The notes beneath the pieces are model-generated. The model ran no database searches, had not been told where the DNA came from, and saw only the letters and a list, made by a program, of their open reading frames with translations. Shown piece after piece: positions 43,646 to 53,454 of a stretch of DNA of 55,067 nt. Source of the stretch: a virus (Duplodnaviria > Caudoviricetes); IMG/VR virus record IMGVR_UViG_3300046791_000458, positions 1 through 55,067 of that record. The stretch is one strand, 5' to 3'. The position numbers were made by a program, and so were the translations under genes. Within the stretch, counting starts at the first letter, position 1, and every line of letters starts with the position of its first letter.

Positions 43646-44584
43646 ATGGCAGAAGACCAAATCGAAGAGCAGGAACCGGAAGTCCAGGTGGAAGTGATTT
43701 CCGAGCCGGAAGAAGACAAGCCGCGCCTCAAGGGCGGCGATACCCGATCCTTGGACGTACGCGACGAGGAGATCGGCAAATACGGTAAAGAGGTCCAGGA
43801 CCGCATCAAGAAGCTGCGCTTCGCCTTCCACGAGGAGCGGCGCCAGCGCGAGCAGAAGGAACGCGATCTGACCACCGCGAGCGACGCCGCGCAGCGCCTC
43901 TACCGCGAGAACGTGGAGCTGAAGAAGAACGTGGCCCGCACCGAGCAGGCCGTGGTCCACCAGGCCGTGCAGCGCGTGGACGCCGAGATCGAGCGCGCCC
44001 GGCAGATGAACCGCCAGGCCCTGGAGGCCGGGCAGGCCGGCGACATTGTGGACGCCGGCGAGAAGCTGGCCCGGGCCGTGGCCGAGAAGGAGCGTCTCAG
44101 CCTGCTGCAGTCCAGCCCTCGCGAGGAGTACGACGACGACCCGCCGCCGCAGCAGCAGCAGGCCAGGCCGCAGCCGGACGCGCGCACGCAGCAGTGGTTC
44201 GCCAAGAATCCCTGGTGGGACAAGCCGGGCGAGGAGGAGCGCACCGGCTTCGCCAAGGGCGTGCATGAGCACCTGGCGCGCCGCGGCATCACCGCCAATA
44301 GCCATCCCGACCTCTACTGGAAAACCATCGACGAGCGCCTGGCCGAGCATTTCCCTGCAAACGGCAACGGAAACGGTCATAATGACCGTGAAGATCAGGA
44401 TCGAGAAGAAACCAGATCCCGTCCGCTGGCAGTGGCGGGCGGCACTCGTAGCGTAGCCGGCGCTACGAACGCTGGCCGCACCCGCGTCATCCGGCTGAGT
44501 GAGTCGCAGGTGCGGCTGGCGCGCAAGATCGGGATTACGCCCGAGCAGTATGCGGCGCAGCTGGCAATGGAGCAGGGAGCTTAG
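43646..44584 (+). CDS. Capsid scaffolding protein
   Basis: Acidic coiled coil; W...NPW; C-terminal L..SQV..A.K.G....QYA; upstream of capsid genes. Confidence 0.75.
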   Translation: MAEDQIEEQEPEVQVEVISEPEEDKPRLKGGDTRSLDVRDEEIGKYGKEVQDRIKKLRFAFHEERRQREQKERDLTTASDAAQRLYRENVELKKNVARTEQAVVHQAVQRVDAEIERARQMNRQALEAGQAGDIVDAGEKLARAVAEKERLSLLQSSPREEYDDDPPPQQQQARPQPDARTQQWFAKNPWWDKPGEEERTGFAKGVHEHLARRGITANSHPDLYWKTIDERLAEHFPANGNGNGHNDREDQDREETRSRPLAVAGGTRSVAGATNAGRTRVIRLSESQVRLARKIGITPEQYAAQLAMEQGA

Positions 44585-44586
44585 TT

Positions 44587-45081
44587 ATGGCTGACCGAAC
44601 GCCGAGAGAATCCGAAACCAGGGCCGCGGAAACGCGCCCCATGGCCTGGCAGCCCTCTAACTCTCTGCCCGATCCCGCGCCCAGGCCCGGCAAGAAATTC
44701 CGTTGGATTCGCACCGCCGCCGGCGGTCAGTCCGATGCAACCAATGTGTCCCGTCGTCTCAGGGAAGGATGGGTTCCGGTGAAGGCCGCGGAACATCCCG
44801 AACTGCAAATCCTATCCGACAAGGACAGTCGATTCCCCGATAGCATCGAGGTCGGCGGTCTGTTGTTGTGCAGCATCTCCGATGAGGCCGTGAAGGCCCG
44901 CAATGACTATTACCGTGGGCAGACCACGCAGCAGATGAAGGCCGTCGATTCGCAGCTGATGGCCGAACAAGATCCCAGGCTGCGCACCATTTTCAGGAAC
45001 GTGGAATCGCGGACCCGCTTTGGTCCCGACGCTAGACGCGATTCGGGAGCAAGCGCGCAACTGCCGACCAACGCGAAGTAA
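44587..45081 (+). CDS. Conserved head-module protein
   Basis: W.P...LP.P.PR.G..FRWIR...N.S.RLREGW.PV...IEVGGLLL. Confidence 0.75.
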   Translation: MADRTPRESETRAAETRPMAWQPSNSLPDPAPRPGKKFRWIRTAAGGQSDATNVSRRLREGWVPVKAAEHPELQILSDKDSRFPDSIEVGGLLLCSISDEAVKARNDYYRGQTTQQMKAVDSQLMAEQDPRLRTIFRNVESRTRFGPDARRDSGASAQLPTNAK

Positions 45082-45187
45082 CGACTGCACCGGTTTCGCA
45101 TTGGCCCGGCTACAACCCGGCGATCACCACACGCAGGCCTCGCGCCTGCGCGACATTAACGCAGCCAACAAAACGGAGAGATAAGCT

Positions 45188-45778
45188 ATGGCAGCGACTG
45201 CCAGTCCCTACGGGTTGAGGCCGGTGCAGCTGGAGGGAGGCACGCCCTATGCGGGGTCCACCCGCTCCTATCCAGTGACCGTGAACTCAGCCACTGGTTT
45301 TTTCTTCGGCGATCCGGTCGGCCTTGTGGGCGGTTCAGTGGTGCCAGTCACGGCATCTCCGACCGTCGCCTTGACCGCCAGTTCGCCGATTGGCGTGTTC
45401 ATGGGCTGCGAATACCAGGACCCGGTCCGCGGGTTCGTCAACGCCCAGTCGTTCCCCGCCGGCGGCATCACTGCCGGCCTGAAGAACGTCAAATTCAAGA
45501 TCGCCGATAACCCGGATCTGATCTTCAAGGTTCAGTCCTCCGGTACGGTGGCGGCCACGGCCATCGGCTTGAACGCCGCGCTGGTCCCCGGCGCCGGCAA
45601 CGTCGCCACGGGAGACAGTACTTTCGCCGCGGGCGCCGCGGCCACAACCACCGGCATTGCACTGCGCATTGTCGGCTTCCTCGATATGCCTGGCTCCACG
45701 CCGGGCGACGCTTTCACCGATCTGCTGGTGAAGTGGAATGTCGGCGTCCACCGAACGGAGAACCCGCTGGGTCAATAA
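45188..45778 (+). CDS. Capsid-associated (decoration/minor capsid) protein
   Basis: PYGLRP...F.GD.V...GVF.GC.Y.D...D.P...F.VQ; directly upstream of major capsid gene. Confidence 0.72.
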   Translation: MAATASPYGLRPVQLEGGTPYAGSTRSYPVTVNSATGFFFGDPVGLVGGSVVPVTASPTVALTASSPIGVFMGCEYQDPVRGFVNAQSFPAGGITAGLKNVKFKIADNPDLIFKVQSSGTVAATAIGLNAALVPGAGNVATGDSTFAAGAAATTTGIALRIVGFLDMPGSTPGDAFTDLLVKWNVGVHRTENPLGQ

Positions 45779-45790
45779 GGAGATCAGACA

Positions 45791-46702
45791 ATGGCCATCT
45801 CAAGAGCACAACTACTAAAAGAATTGATGCCTGGTCTGAACGCCTTGTTCGGGCTGGAATACAAGCGGTATCAGGAAGAGCACAAGGAGATTTTCACCAT
45901 CGAGAATTCCGAGCGTAGTTTTGAGGAAGAGGTGAAGATCACCGGCTTCGGGGCCGCCCCCATCAAGCCGGAAGGCGAGGCCATCACGTACGATGAGGCC
46001 CAGGAATCCTACGTCGCGCGCTATACCCACGAGACAATCGCCATGGGCTTTTCCATCACCGAGGAAGCGGTGGAAGACAACCTGTACGATTCGCTCTCGG
46101 CGCGCTACACCAAGGCCCTGGCCCGCTCGATGGCGCACACCAAGCAGACCAAGGGCGCCGCGGTTCTGAACCGCTCCTTCGACCCGTTGTACCCGATGGG
46201 CGATGGCAAGCCACTGTGCGACCTCAACCACCCGCTGGTGGCCGCCGGCACGGTCAACGCCAACACGCCGGCCACGCCCGCGGATCTCAACGAAACGTCG
46301 TTGGAGAACGCGGCGACCACGATCTCGCTGTGGGTGGACGACCGCGGCCTCCTGGTCGCGGGCAAGCCCCGCAAGCTGATCATCCCCGCGGGTCTGGTCT
46401 TCACCGCCACGCGCACGTTGCGCTCGCAGTACCGTCCCGGCACTGCCGACAACGATGTGAACGCACTGTACACCAACGGGACCATCCCCGAGGGGTATTT
46501 TGTGAATCACTACATCACCGATCCCGATGCCTGGTGGCTCATCACCGACATACCCAATGGTCTGAAACACTTCGTCAGAGTCAGCCTGAAGACGGACAAT
46601 GACGGAGATTTTGATACGGGCAATGTAAGGTACAAAGCGAGGGAAAGGTATTCCTTCGGCGCCAGCGATCCTCTCGGTATCTATGGTTCGCCGGGAGCAT
46701 AA
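45791..46702 (+). CDS. Major capsid protein (HK97 fold, Mu gpT-like)
   Basis: MAISRAQLLKEL.PGLNALFGLEY...S.RSFEEE...DFDTGNVRYKARERYSFG.SDP.GI.GSPGA. Confidence 0.93.
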   Translation: MAISRAQLLKELMPGLNALFGLEYKRYQEEHKEIFTIENSERSFEEEVKITGFGAAPIKPEGEAITYDEAQESYVARYTHETIAMGFSITEEAVEDNLYDSLSARYTKALARSMAHTKQTKGAAVLNRSFDPLYPMGDGKPLCDLNHPLVAAGTVNANTPATPADLNETSLENAATTISLWVDDRGLLVAGKPRKLIIPAGLVFTATRTLRSQYRPGTADNDVNALYTNGTIPEGYFVNHYITDPDAWWLITDIPNGLKHFVRVSLKTDNDGDFDTGNVRYKARERYSFGASDPLGIYGSPGA

Positions 46703-46711
46703 GTGGTAGGG

Positions 46712-46761
46712 GCCGGGCGTTCCGACTTACTCTGGGGGAGCTTGGAGGACGTCCGGCTTTT
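46712..46761 (+). terminator. Imperfect hairpin plus TTTT after the capsid gene
   Basis: GCCGGGCGTTC pairs with GGACGTCCGGC (two G-U pairs), large loop. Confidence 0.4.
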
Positions 46762-46780
46762 GCCTTGGTGGGAGTAACTG

Positions 46781-49399
46781 ATGATTGACCGGGTTCCAGT
46801 ACCTACTAACGGATTAGAATCGCCCGGGCCTGGCTTGTCGGTGCTCGATACACCGGCGGACCAGGGCCGGGCGGTTTCCATGCCCGATGGCGGCATGGAG
46901 ATCCGTTACGGCGACGACGAGTCCGGCGGCGGCCTGGGCGGGCTGCCTTTCGATGTGAACCTAGCCGAGGTACTCAGCGAGCAGGCCTTGCAGCATTTGG
47001 CGAGCGAGCTGCGCGAGGCCGTGGACGAAGATCTCAACAGCCGCAAGGACTGGGAAACGGCCCTGATCGACGGCATGGATCTGTTGGGCATCAAGACCAT
47101 AGATCGCACCATCCCCTGGGCCGGCGCCTGCGGCATCGTGCATCCCATGATCCTGGAGGCCGCGGTCCGCTTCCAGAGTAAATCCATCACGCGCCTCTTC
47201 CCCAGTGAAGGCCCGGCGCAGGCCAAGGTGATCGGCGAGGCCAACCAGGCGAAGCTGGCCCAGGCCGAGAGGGTGGCCAAGGACCTCAACCACTGGATCG
47301 TGGAGAAGATGCCGGAATACCGGGACGAAACCGAGCAGCTGCTCTTCGCTCTCCCGGTCGATGGCTCGGCCTTCCGCAAGGTGTATTACGATCCCCTGCT
47401 GAAGCGTCCGGTAGCGCAGTATGTGGCCGCCAACGATTTCATCCAGCCGTACGGGTTTCCGAATCTGGAAACCTGCCCGCGCTACACGCACCAGCTGAAG
47501 CAGTCCTACGCCGATATCCTGCGCCTGCAGGGCCGCGGCTTCTACCGCGATTGTCCGATCTCGGAGACGCCGATCTCGCTCGACCGGATCGAGGAGAAGG
47601 TGACCCGCCTGGGCGGCATGTCGCCCAGTTACTCGACCAACGACCTGCTGACTCTGCGCGAGGTCCATGCCGATCTGCAACTCGACGAGCTGGACGACGG
47701 CGACGAGCCGGCGCCCTACATCGTCACCATCGAAACCAGTAGCAACCAGGTCCTGGCGGTGCGCCGCAACTGGCGCCAGGCCGATCCCGAGCGGCGCAAG
47801 GTTCTCTACTTCTGCCACTACCGCTATGTGCCCTGGAAGGGCGCCTACGGCCTCGGCCTGGTCCACCTGATCGGCGGCATCGGCAAGGGCTGTACCTCGA
47901 TCCTGCGGCAGCTGGTGGACGCCGGCACCTTGGCCAATCTGCCGGGCGGACTCAAGACCCGGGGCATGCGGGTCAAAGGCGACAACGACCCGATCATGCC
48001 CGGTGAATGGCGCGACGTTGACATTCCCACCGGTAAGATCGCCGACTGCGTCTACCCGTTGCCTTACAAGGAGCCGAGCGCGGTTCTCTTCCAGTTACTG
48101 CAGATGTTAGTAAGCGAGGGCAAGAGCTTCGCGTCCATCGCCGAACTGGATATCACCACCTCCAGCCAGAACGCGCCGGTGGGCACCATGCTGGCCCTGA
48201 TCGAGCGGGCGACCGAGGTCATCAGCGCCGTGCAGGCCCGGCTGCACACCACGCTGGGCAGAGAGCTGACCATCCTCGCCGAGATCGTGCGCGACTACAC
48301 GCCGCAGGTCTACGAGTACGAGCCGGTCAACGCCAGTAAGAACGCCAAGGCCGAGGACTACGCGCAGCAACTCTCTATCGTGCCAGTAAGTGATCCGGCG
48401 AGCGCGACAATGGCGCAACGGGTGATGGAATATCAGGCGGCCTTACAGTTATCCGCCCAGGCGCCGCAGCTTTATAACTTGCCGTTACTGCATCGCAGCA
48501 TGTTAGAAGTGCTTGGCATCGATAATTGCAATCAGATCGTGCCCGACAAGACCGACGTGCCGCCCGCCGACCCGGTGAGCGAGAACATGGCCATCATGAC
48601 CAGTAAGCCGTGTAAGGTCTACGAATGGCAGGACCACACGGCGCACTTACAGGTCCACCGTATGTTCATGCAGGACCCGAAAGTTCAGCAGGGCCTGGGC
48701 CAGACGCCGCTCATGCCGAGTATCATGAGCGCCGCCCAGAGCCACATCGCCGAGCACATGGCCTACGAATACCGCCAGGGCATCGAGCGCCAGATGGGCG
48801 TGCCCCTGCCGGCGGAGTCCACCAAGCTGCCTCCCGAGGTGGAGGGCCAACTTAGTAACATCCAGGCCCAGGCCGCGCAGAAGCTCTTGCAGCAGAACCA
48901 GGCCGCGGCGCAGCAGGCCCAGGCGCAGCAGGCGCAGCAGGACCCGATGCTGCAGCTGCAGCAGAAGGAGCTGGAGATCAAGCAGCAGGGTATCCAGGGC
49001 AAACTCCAGACCGACCAGGCGAAGCTGGCGCTGGAGCAGCAGAAGCTGGCGGCCAAGACGCAGACCGACCAGGCCAAGCTACAGTCCGCCGAACGGCGCA
49101 CTCAGGCGGAGATCCAGGGCGACCTCCAGCGCACCACCATCCAGGCCGGCGTTTCGCATGCGGGCCTGGCCTCCACCGAGCGCCAGAAGGGGCTCGACCA
49201 CTATCACAAGATGACCGCTCTCGGCAGCAAGGAGAGGCAGGGCGCCATGGCGCATTTGGTGGATATTCAGGAGGGCGCCGCGGGCCGCGATCACAAGAGC
49301 CAGGAAGGCGCCAGCGAACGCTCCTTCAAGGGCCAGGAATCGGCCAGCGACCGCGCGCAGCAGGCTTTCCCTCCGGCGCCGGAAACCGGCCAGGAATAA
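46781..49399 (+). CDS. Portal protein (P22-like)
   Basis: NLAE...D..SR.DWE...PW.GA.G..HP...EA..RFQ...GSAF.KVYYD...LRQL.DAGTL.NLP.G.K.RG; Gln-rich coiled-coil barrel. Confidence 0.9.
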   Translation: MIDRVPVPTNGLESPGPGLSVLDTPADQGRAVSMPDGGMEIRYGDDESGGGLGGLPFDVNLAEVLSEQALQHLASELREAVDEDLNSRKDWETALIDGMDLLGIKTIDRTIPWAGACGIVHPMILEAAVRFQSKSITRLFPSEGPAQAKVIGEANQAKLAQAERVAKDLNHWIVEKMPEYRDETEQLLFALPVDGSAFRKVYYDPLLKRPVAQYVAANDFIQPYGFPNLETCPRYTHQLKQSYADILRLQGRGFYRDCPISETPISLDRIEEKVTRLGGMSPSYSTNDLLTLREVHADLQLDELDDGDEPAPYIVTIETSSNQVLAVRRNWRQADPERRKVLYFCHYRYVPWKGAYGLGLVHLIGGIGKGCTSILRQLVDAGTLANLPGGLKTRGMRVKGDNDPIMPGEWRDVDIPTGKIADCVYPLPYKEPSAVLFQLLQMLVSEGKSFASIAELDITTSSQNAPVGTMLALIERATEVISAVQARLHTTLGRELTILAEIVRDYTPQVYEYEPVNASKNAKAEDYAQQLSIVPVSDPASATMAQRVMEYQAALQLSAQAPQLYNLPLLHRSMLEVLGIDNCNQIVPDKTDVPPADPVSENMAIMTSKPCKVYEWQDHTAHLQVHRMFMQDPKVQQGLGQTPLMPSIMSAAQSHIAEHMAYEYRQGIERQMGVPLPAESTKLPPEVEGQLSNIQAQAAQKLLQQNQAAAQQAQAQQAQQDPMLQLQQKELEIKQQGIQGKLQTDQAKLALEQQKLAAKTQTDQAKLQSAERRTQAEIQGDLQRTTIQAGVSHAGLASTERQKGLDHYHKMTALGSKERQGAMAHLVDIQEGAAGRDHKSQEGASERSFKGQESASDRAQQAFPPAPETGQE

Positions 49400-49635
49400 T
49401 TTTCTTAGGAAATTCCCCGAGCTTGACTAATGCGAGCCTGTGGAAATCAGCGGAAAACCACCAACAGTTGGTGTGCAAGTTTGTGAGAACTTTCGAATTA
49501 GTGAAGATTTCAAGGACACTGTGGAAAAGTGGGATCACTGCACTAGTGTAAGTTTGACAAACTAAGGAGTTTTTACCCTCTGCAACCCGACTTACACGGT
49601 CTGGGATAAAGCGAACAAATTGTAAAAATCGGCCC

Positions 49636-49664
49636 TTGACCACGGGTGAACTTTTGCATATGCT
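49636..49664 (+). promoter_or_regulatory. Sigma70-like promoter for the xis...int operon
   Basis: TTGACC-17 bp-TATGCT. Confidence 0.6.
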
Positions 49665-49864
49665 TTCAGGCGAGTCGAGAGACTCCTAGATTTCTTTTGT
49701 AGTTTCTAAATCGAAGCATCGGACATTTGTACCGCAAGAGCTGACTTCCTGCCTCCGGGCATCGAGCCTACGCCCATCCGGGGATCTGAGCCGTGTGCTG
49801 GGCCGCCAGTCCCGACCCGCCGAAACTATGCATTACCATTGGGCGCGATGGGGGCGCCCTGCTT

Positions 49865-50212
49865 ATGGCCGTGCAATCTTTAGCGGAGCGTTCTTTTACA
49901 CTCCATGAATTCGGCAAATACCTGAGCCGGCATCCGGTCACCATCCGGCGCTGGTTCGACAAAGACAAAGAGGTCATCCGTACACCAAGGGGCGGCCAGC
50001 GCGCCCAGATTCTGATTCCGATCCCGCGTGTGATCACGTTCTGCCAGGAGATCGGTATTCCGCAGGACCAGGTGGACGAGATGCTCAAAGACCACCACGA
50101 GCAGTTCCTCAAATCCATCGCCCAGGCCGCCGCCGTCATGGCGCCGGTCAAGCGCACTAATGGCCACAAACCCGCCAAGAAAAAGGCGCGGGCGCGCAAG
50201 GCGGGGAGATGA
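49865..50212 (+). CDS. MerR-like/excisionase-type HTH protein
   Basis: FTLHEFGKYLSRHPVTIRRWF...ILIP. Confidence 0.68.
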   Translation: MAVQSLAERSFTLHEFGKYLSRHPVTIRRWFDKDKEVIRTPRGGQRAQILIPIPRVITFCQEIGIPQDQVDEMLKDHHEQFLKSIAQAAAVMAPVKRTNGHKPAKKKARARKAGR

Positions 50213-50216
50213 TGCC

Positions 50217-50504
50217 ATGCGTAGCCAGGAAGAGGTTCAACAGGCCCAGGGCCTGGTAAATCTGGCGCGCAAGTTCCTGCGCGAGAAGGGCAAGAGCGAC
50301 GCCGTATTCCCTACCTTCGAATTCCACGCGGGCGCTTTGTGCGCGCTCTCGTGGGTCCTGGACGGCAGCGACAAGAGCTTCCAGGAGCACCTGGCGTTTA
50401 TCAAGAAGCGGCAACTGGATATGGCGGTGAGGGTGGAAGACCCGCCCATGTCCTTCGACTACGATAGCGAGGGCAACCCGCGGAGGCATGGGTCCAACCC
50501 ATGA
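50217..50504 (+). CDS. Hypothetical protein
   Basis: GGAG RBS; MRS.EE...AL.WVL motif. Confidence 0.7.
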   Translation: MRSQEEVQQAQGLVNLARKFLREKGKSDAVFPTFEFHAGALCALSWVLDGSDKSFQEHLAFIKKRQLDMAVRVEDPPMSFDYDSEGNPRRHGSNP

Positions 50505-50884
50505 TCCCGGCGCCGTTTCTGGTATGCCCAGAATGCGGCGCGCCGCTGGATGACCGGAAGTTTGTGGGGACAGTCTGCGAGGAGTGTCTCAACCGGCGGT
50601 ATCACGTCATCCTGCTGCAACGCGAGGCCGAGGCCTGGGCCGAGAACAAATTCGACGACGTCGAGCTGTCGCGCGAGAAGGGCCGGGTGCAGCACCCGGT
50701 GCTGAAGTTCGACCGCGGCGTGACCTACTGCTGCGTGAAGGCCACCGAGTCGCGGCCACGCCGCATGCGCGTCAAGCTCAACCATTTTCCAGAGGGGCTC
50801 TGTCCCAAGTGCCTCACAAACTATGAACGTGTGCAGCGGCGCGCCGCGGAGCTGCGGCAGGCCAAAGGGGCGCCCAATGCGTGA
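50501..50884 (+). CDS. Zinc-finger protein
   Basis: CPEC..CEEC; H...YC...CPKC. Confidence 0.72.
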   Translation: MIPAPFLVCPECGAPLDDRKFVGTVCEECLNRRYHVILLQREAEAWAENKFDDVELSREKGRVQHPVLKFDRGVTYCCVKATESRPRRMRVKLNHFPEGLCPKCLTNYERVQRRAAELRQAKGAPNA

Positions 50885-51680
50885 CGAAGAGCAGGCAGAA
50901 AATTTAGAGCGGGTGGGGGCCAAGATCAACCCCATCGTGGTGGAGTTCTGCCGCGCGCATATAGGCCGGCAATTTTTCGAGGAGGACTTGCGCCGGTACG
51001 TGTTGAATCGTGACCCGTTCACGGCGCCGGGCTCCCCTGGCCGTATTCTGCGCGACGCCCGCCAGGCCAAACAAATTGACTACGAGCTAATCAGCCGCCG
51101 GGAGAGTTTGTACCTGGTGACCTGGGTGGCTGGACAGAATGAGGCGGATATGGACGATCTAAGCAAGGGCCAACGGGCTGCCGCCATCGTGTTGGCGACG
51201 CCGTTTCTGCAACAAATCAATAAACGTGGCGCGGATGTTGAGGCCTCGCTGGAGCGGATATGCCGCGAGACGGGCCTGTCGAGGAATATCCTGGAGCGCA
51301 CCGCGACTGTTTACCGGCGCAGTCCAGATATGTATTTTCCCCGGATCGTGAGAGGGGAGATGGGTGCGGAGTCGGCCTACCGCGCCATGATTTCAGGGCA
51401 AGGGAATGGGCATGGGCATGGGAATGGGCGCGGGGATGCGTCGCAGCGCCCCCCGAACCAGAAGCAACGGCTGAAAGACCGGACGGCGCACAGCCTGGTC
51501 GGAGAAGTTGCCCTCCATCTTGTCAATTATATTGGCGCCCTTATGAGGGACGTAGACCTGGTAGGGGCCTGGCGTCATGGGCCGCTCGATGAGGAACTGA
51601 AGGACATCCATCAATCGCGGCGGCTACTAACGAGTTGGGAAAAAGAGATGGTCCGAGCCAAAAAGGAGGCAACATCGTGA
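50877..51680 (+). CDS. Two-domain hypothetical protein (APGSPGRILR domain plus HTH-like domain)
   Basis: Coupled to neighbours; LSKGQRAA...ICRETGLSR resembles ParB HTH region. Confidence 0.65.
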   Translation: MRDEEQAENLERVGAKINPIVVEFCRAHIGRQFFEEDLRRYVLNRDPFTAPGSPGRILRDARQAKQIDYELISRRESLYLVTWVAGQNEADMDDLSKGQRAAAIVLATPFLQQINKRGADVEASLERICRETGLSRNILERTATVYRRSPDMYFPRIVRGEMGAESAYRAMISGQGNGHGHGNGRGDASQRPPNQKQRLKDRTAHSLVGEVALHLVNYIGALMRDVDLVGAWRHGPLDEELKDIHQSRRLLTSWEKEMVRAKKEATS

Positions 51681-52579
51681 ATACATCTCGGCAGCTAGAG
51701 GTTAACGGTCACCTGGTGGCAATCCTGCCACCGGAAAAGGAAGACGACTGCACGCAGGTCCGGGTCCGGGTCAAGTATAAGGACCTGATCATGCATCCCA
51801 CGGCGCAGCGAGCCTTAAGGCCGCATTGGGTGCGGGACTTAAAGAAAAAGTTCCGGCTCAGTGTTCCCGTGGTGGCCGCAGTGCGCTATCCGCGCAACGG
51901 CATCACCCAGACGCTGGTGGTCGATGGGCAGCACTGCTCCACCGCCGCCAAGGAGCTGGGCTTCGGTGAAGAGTTCGTCACCATGATCATCCACACCGAT
52001 GTTCAGAGTGACAAGGAAGCCCATGACCGGTTTCTCGATCTGAACAAAAGGAAAGGGGTATCGGCGATTGACACCTATCGCAACGAGGTCGGGGCCGAGC
52101 ATCCCAACATCGTCGAAATTGAAGAGGTACTGGCGAATCACGGGCTCCATGTCGGGCAGGGCATGACTGATGGGATACTGCGCTGTCCGGCGGTCCTGGT
52201 GTCGGTTCACAGACGCATCGGCCAGAGCGATATGAACATGCTGTTTCACATCATTGGCGGGGCTTGGGGATATGTGACTGCGTCATTGGAGGGTTTGATC
52301 GTGGAGGGCCTGGGCCAGGTAATCCTAAGCTGCCCGGGGCTAAACCCTAAACGCATGGCCGAGAGACTGAAGCGCGTGGCGCCGCCCACGATAATCGGAG
52401 CGGCCAAGGCCCAGGCAATGGTAAAGTGCCGGCTTGCCGTGGCGGTGGCGCAGGTGATAATTCAGCAGTACAACGTCGGCCTGAAGAACGACGACAACCG
52501 CCTGGTATTCAGGGTAGTGAGCAGGGGGCAGGAAGGGGCTCAGAGGAAGAGGGAAGCTACCGGCAAGGCGGTAATGTGA
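51677..52579 (+). CDS. ParB-N-like (DGQH[R]) protein, DUF6551-like
   Basis: AQR.L...V......P...VVDGQHC..AA..LG...EA...F..LN; AAGGAGG RBS. Confidence 0.72.
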   Translation: MNTSRQLEVNGHLVAILPPEKEDDCTQVRVRVKYKDLIMHPTAQRALRPHWVRDLKKKFRLSVPVVAAVRYPRNGITQTLVVDGQHCSTAAKELGFGEEFVTMIIHTDVQSDKEAHDRFLDLNKRKGVSAIDTYRNEVGAEHPNIVEIEEVLANHGLHVGQGMTDGILRCPAVLVSVHRRIGQSDMNMLFHIIGGAWGYVTASLEGLIVEGLGQVILSCPGLNPKRMAERLKRVAPPTIIGAAKAQAMVKCRLAVAVAQVIIQQYNVGLKNDDNRLVFRVVSRGQEGAQRKREATGKAVM

Positions 52580-52776
52580 AAATCACCACCGAAACGAAAG
52601 CGGCGGTCTGGGAACGTGCGTATCTGACGGCCCTGGCGGCCTTCCTGGCACTGGCGGAAACCAGTGTGGAGGAGGCGGTGGACATGGCGGCAAAGTGTGC
52701 GGACGACGCCCTGGAGCTTTATCTGTTCCGCTTCACCTGGGCGGAAGAGGTGAAGGAGGGTGTGCGGCCAAGATGA
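52576..52776 (+). CDS. Hypothetical protein (66 aa)
   Basis: GTGA overlap; W...Y..AL...A...AD.AL motif. Confidence 0.65.
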   Translation: MKITTETKAAVWERAYLTALAAFLALAETSVEEAVDMAAKCADDALELYLFRFTWAEEVKEGVRPR

Positions 52777-53051
52777 AGACCATTCGCTTGCTGGGCCTGC
52801 GTAGCGGTGAGCCGCACGAGATGAACGGCCAGTATGTGATCAGCTACGATCCCGACTACCACCTGCCTGGCGGCGGCGAGTACGACGGTGGCCGGCTGAT
52901 CTGTACGCCCGACCGGGGCCAGGCCACGCGCTTCGGCTTGATGGACGCGATCCTCCTGGTGCATGCCAGCCCGAATTGTACCTGCCACCAGTTCCGGGCC
53001 GATGGCAGGCCGAACCGGCCCTTGTCGGCCTTCAACATCGTAGTGGAGTAA
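52773..53051 (+). CDS. Conserved hypothetical protein (R.DGRPNRPL.AF C-terminus)
   Basis: ATGA overlap; GQY..SYDPD...T.D...A.RF. Confidence 0.7.
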   Translation: MKTIRLLGLRSGEPHEMNGQYVISYDPDYHLPGGGEYDGGRLICTPDRGQATRFGLMDAILLVHASPNCTCHQFRADGRPNRPLSAFNIVVE

Positions 53052-53055
53052 AGCC

Positions 53056-53415
53056 ATGGACATGCCCTTTGGGAAGCATAAAGGGGCGCCGCTAGAGGAG
53101 CTGCCGGACGACTACCTGGTCTGGCTGAACAAGGCGGAAGACCTGTACCCGCCCCTGCGCCGGGCGGTGGACGAGGAATACGCGCGCCGCTTCGGGCCGG
53201 GCGGGCCGCCGCCGCCATCGAAGCCGTCGAGGTCATCGGGGTACATTCCGCCATCCGCGGAGTCGCGCGGCCTGAGTGCCAAGGAGGCCAGGCTCCTGGT
53301 GGATGTGCTGCGCGCCGGCTTCTGCGCCCTGGAAGAGGGCGAGGCCGGCGCCGACCAGGAGCTGGATGCGCTGCGCGAAAAGGTCAAGAAGCTTACCTGG
53401 GGCGTAAGATCGTAA
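53056..53415 (+). CDS. MPFGKHKG-motif protein (DUF3820/QSregVF_b, exonuclease X C-terminal-like)
   Basis: MPFGKHKG.PL..LP.DYL.WL. Confidence 0.8.
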   Translation: MDMPFGKHKGAPLEELPDDYLVWLNKAEDLYPPLRRAVDEEYARRFGPGGPPPPSKPSRSSGYIPPSAESRGLSAKEARLLVDVLRAGFCALEEGEAGADQELDALREKVKKLTWGVRS

Positions 53416-53454
53416 TCCGCAAGAATCGAAACTTCTGTAGAAAAGAGAAATTCT

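Noticed and set aside
15980-52579. Dnd phosphorothioation system (DndC-like plus DGQH protein)
   Set aside because: The genes are about 35 kb apart, no dndA/D/E or ssp partners are visible, and both families occur singly in phages
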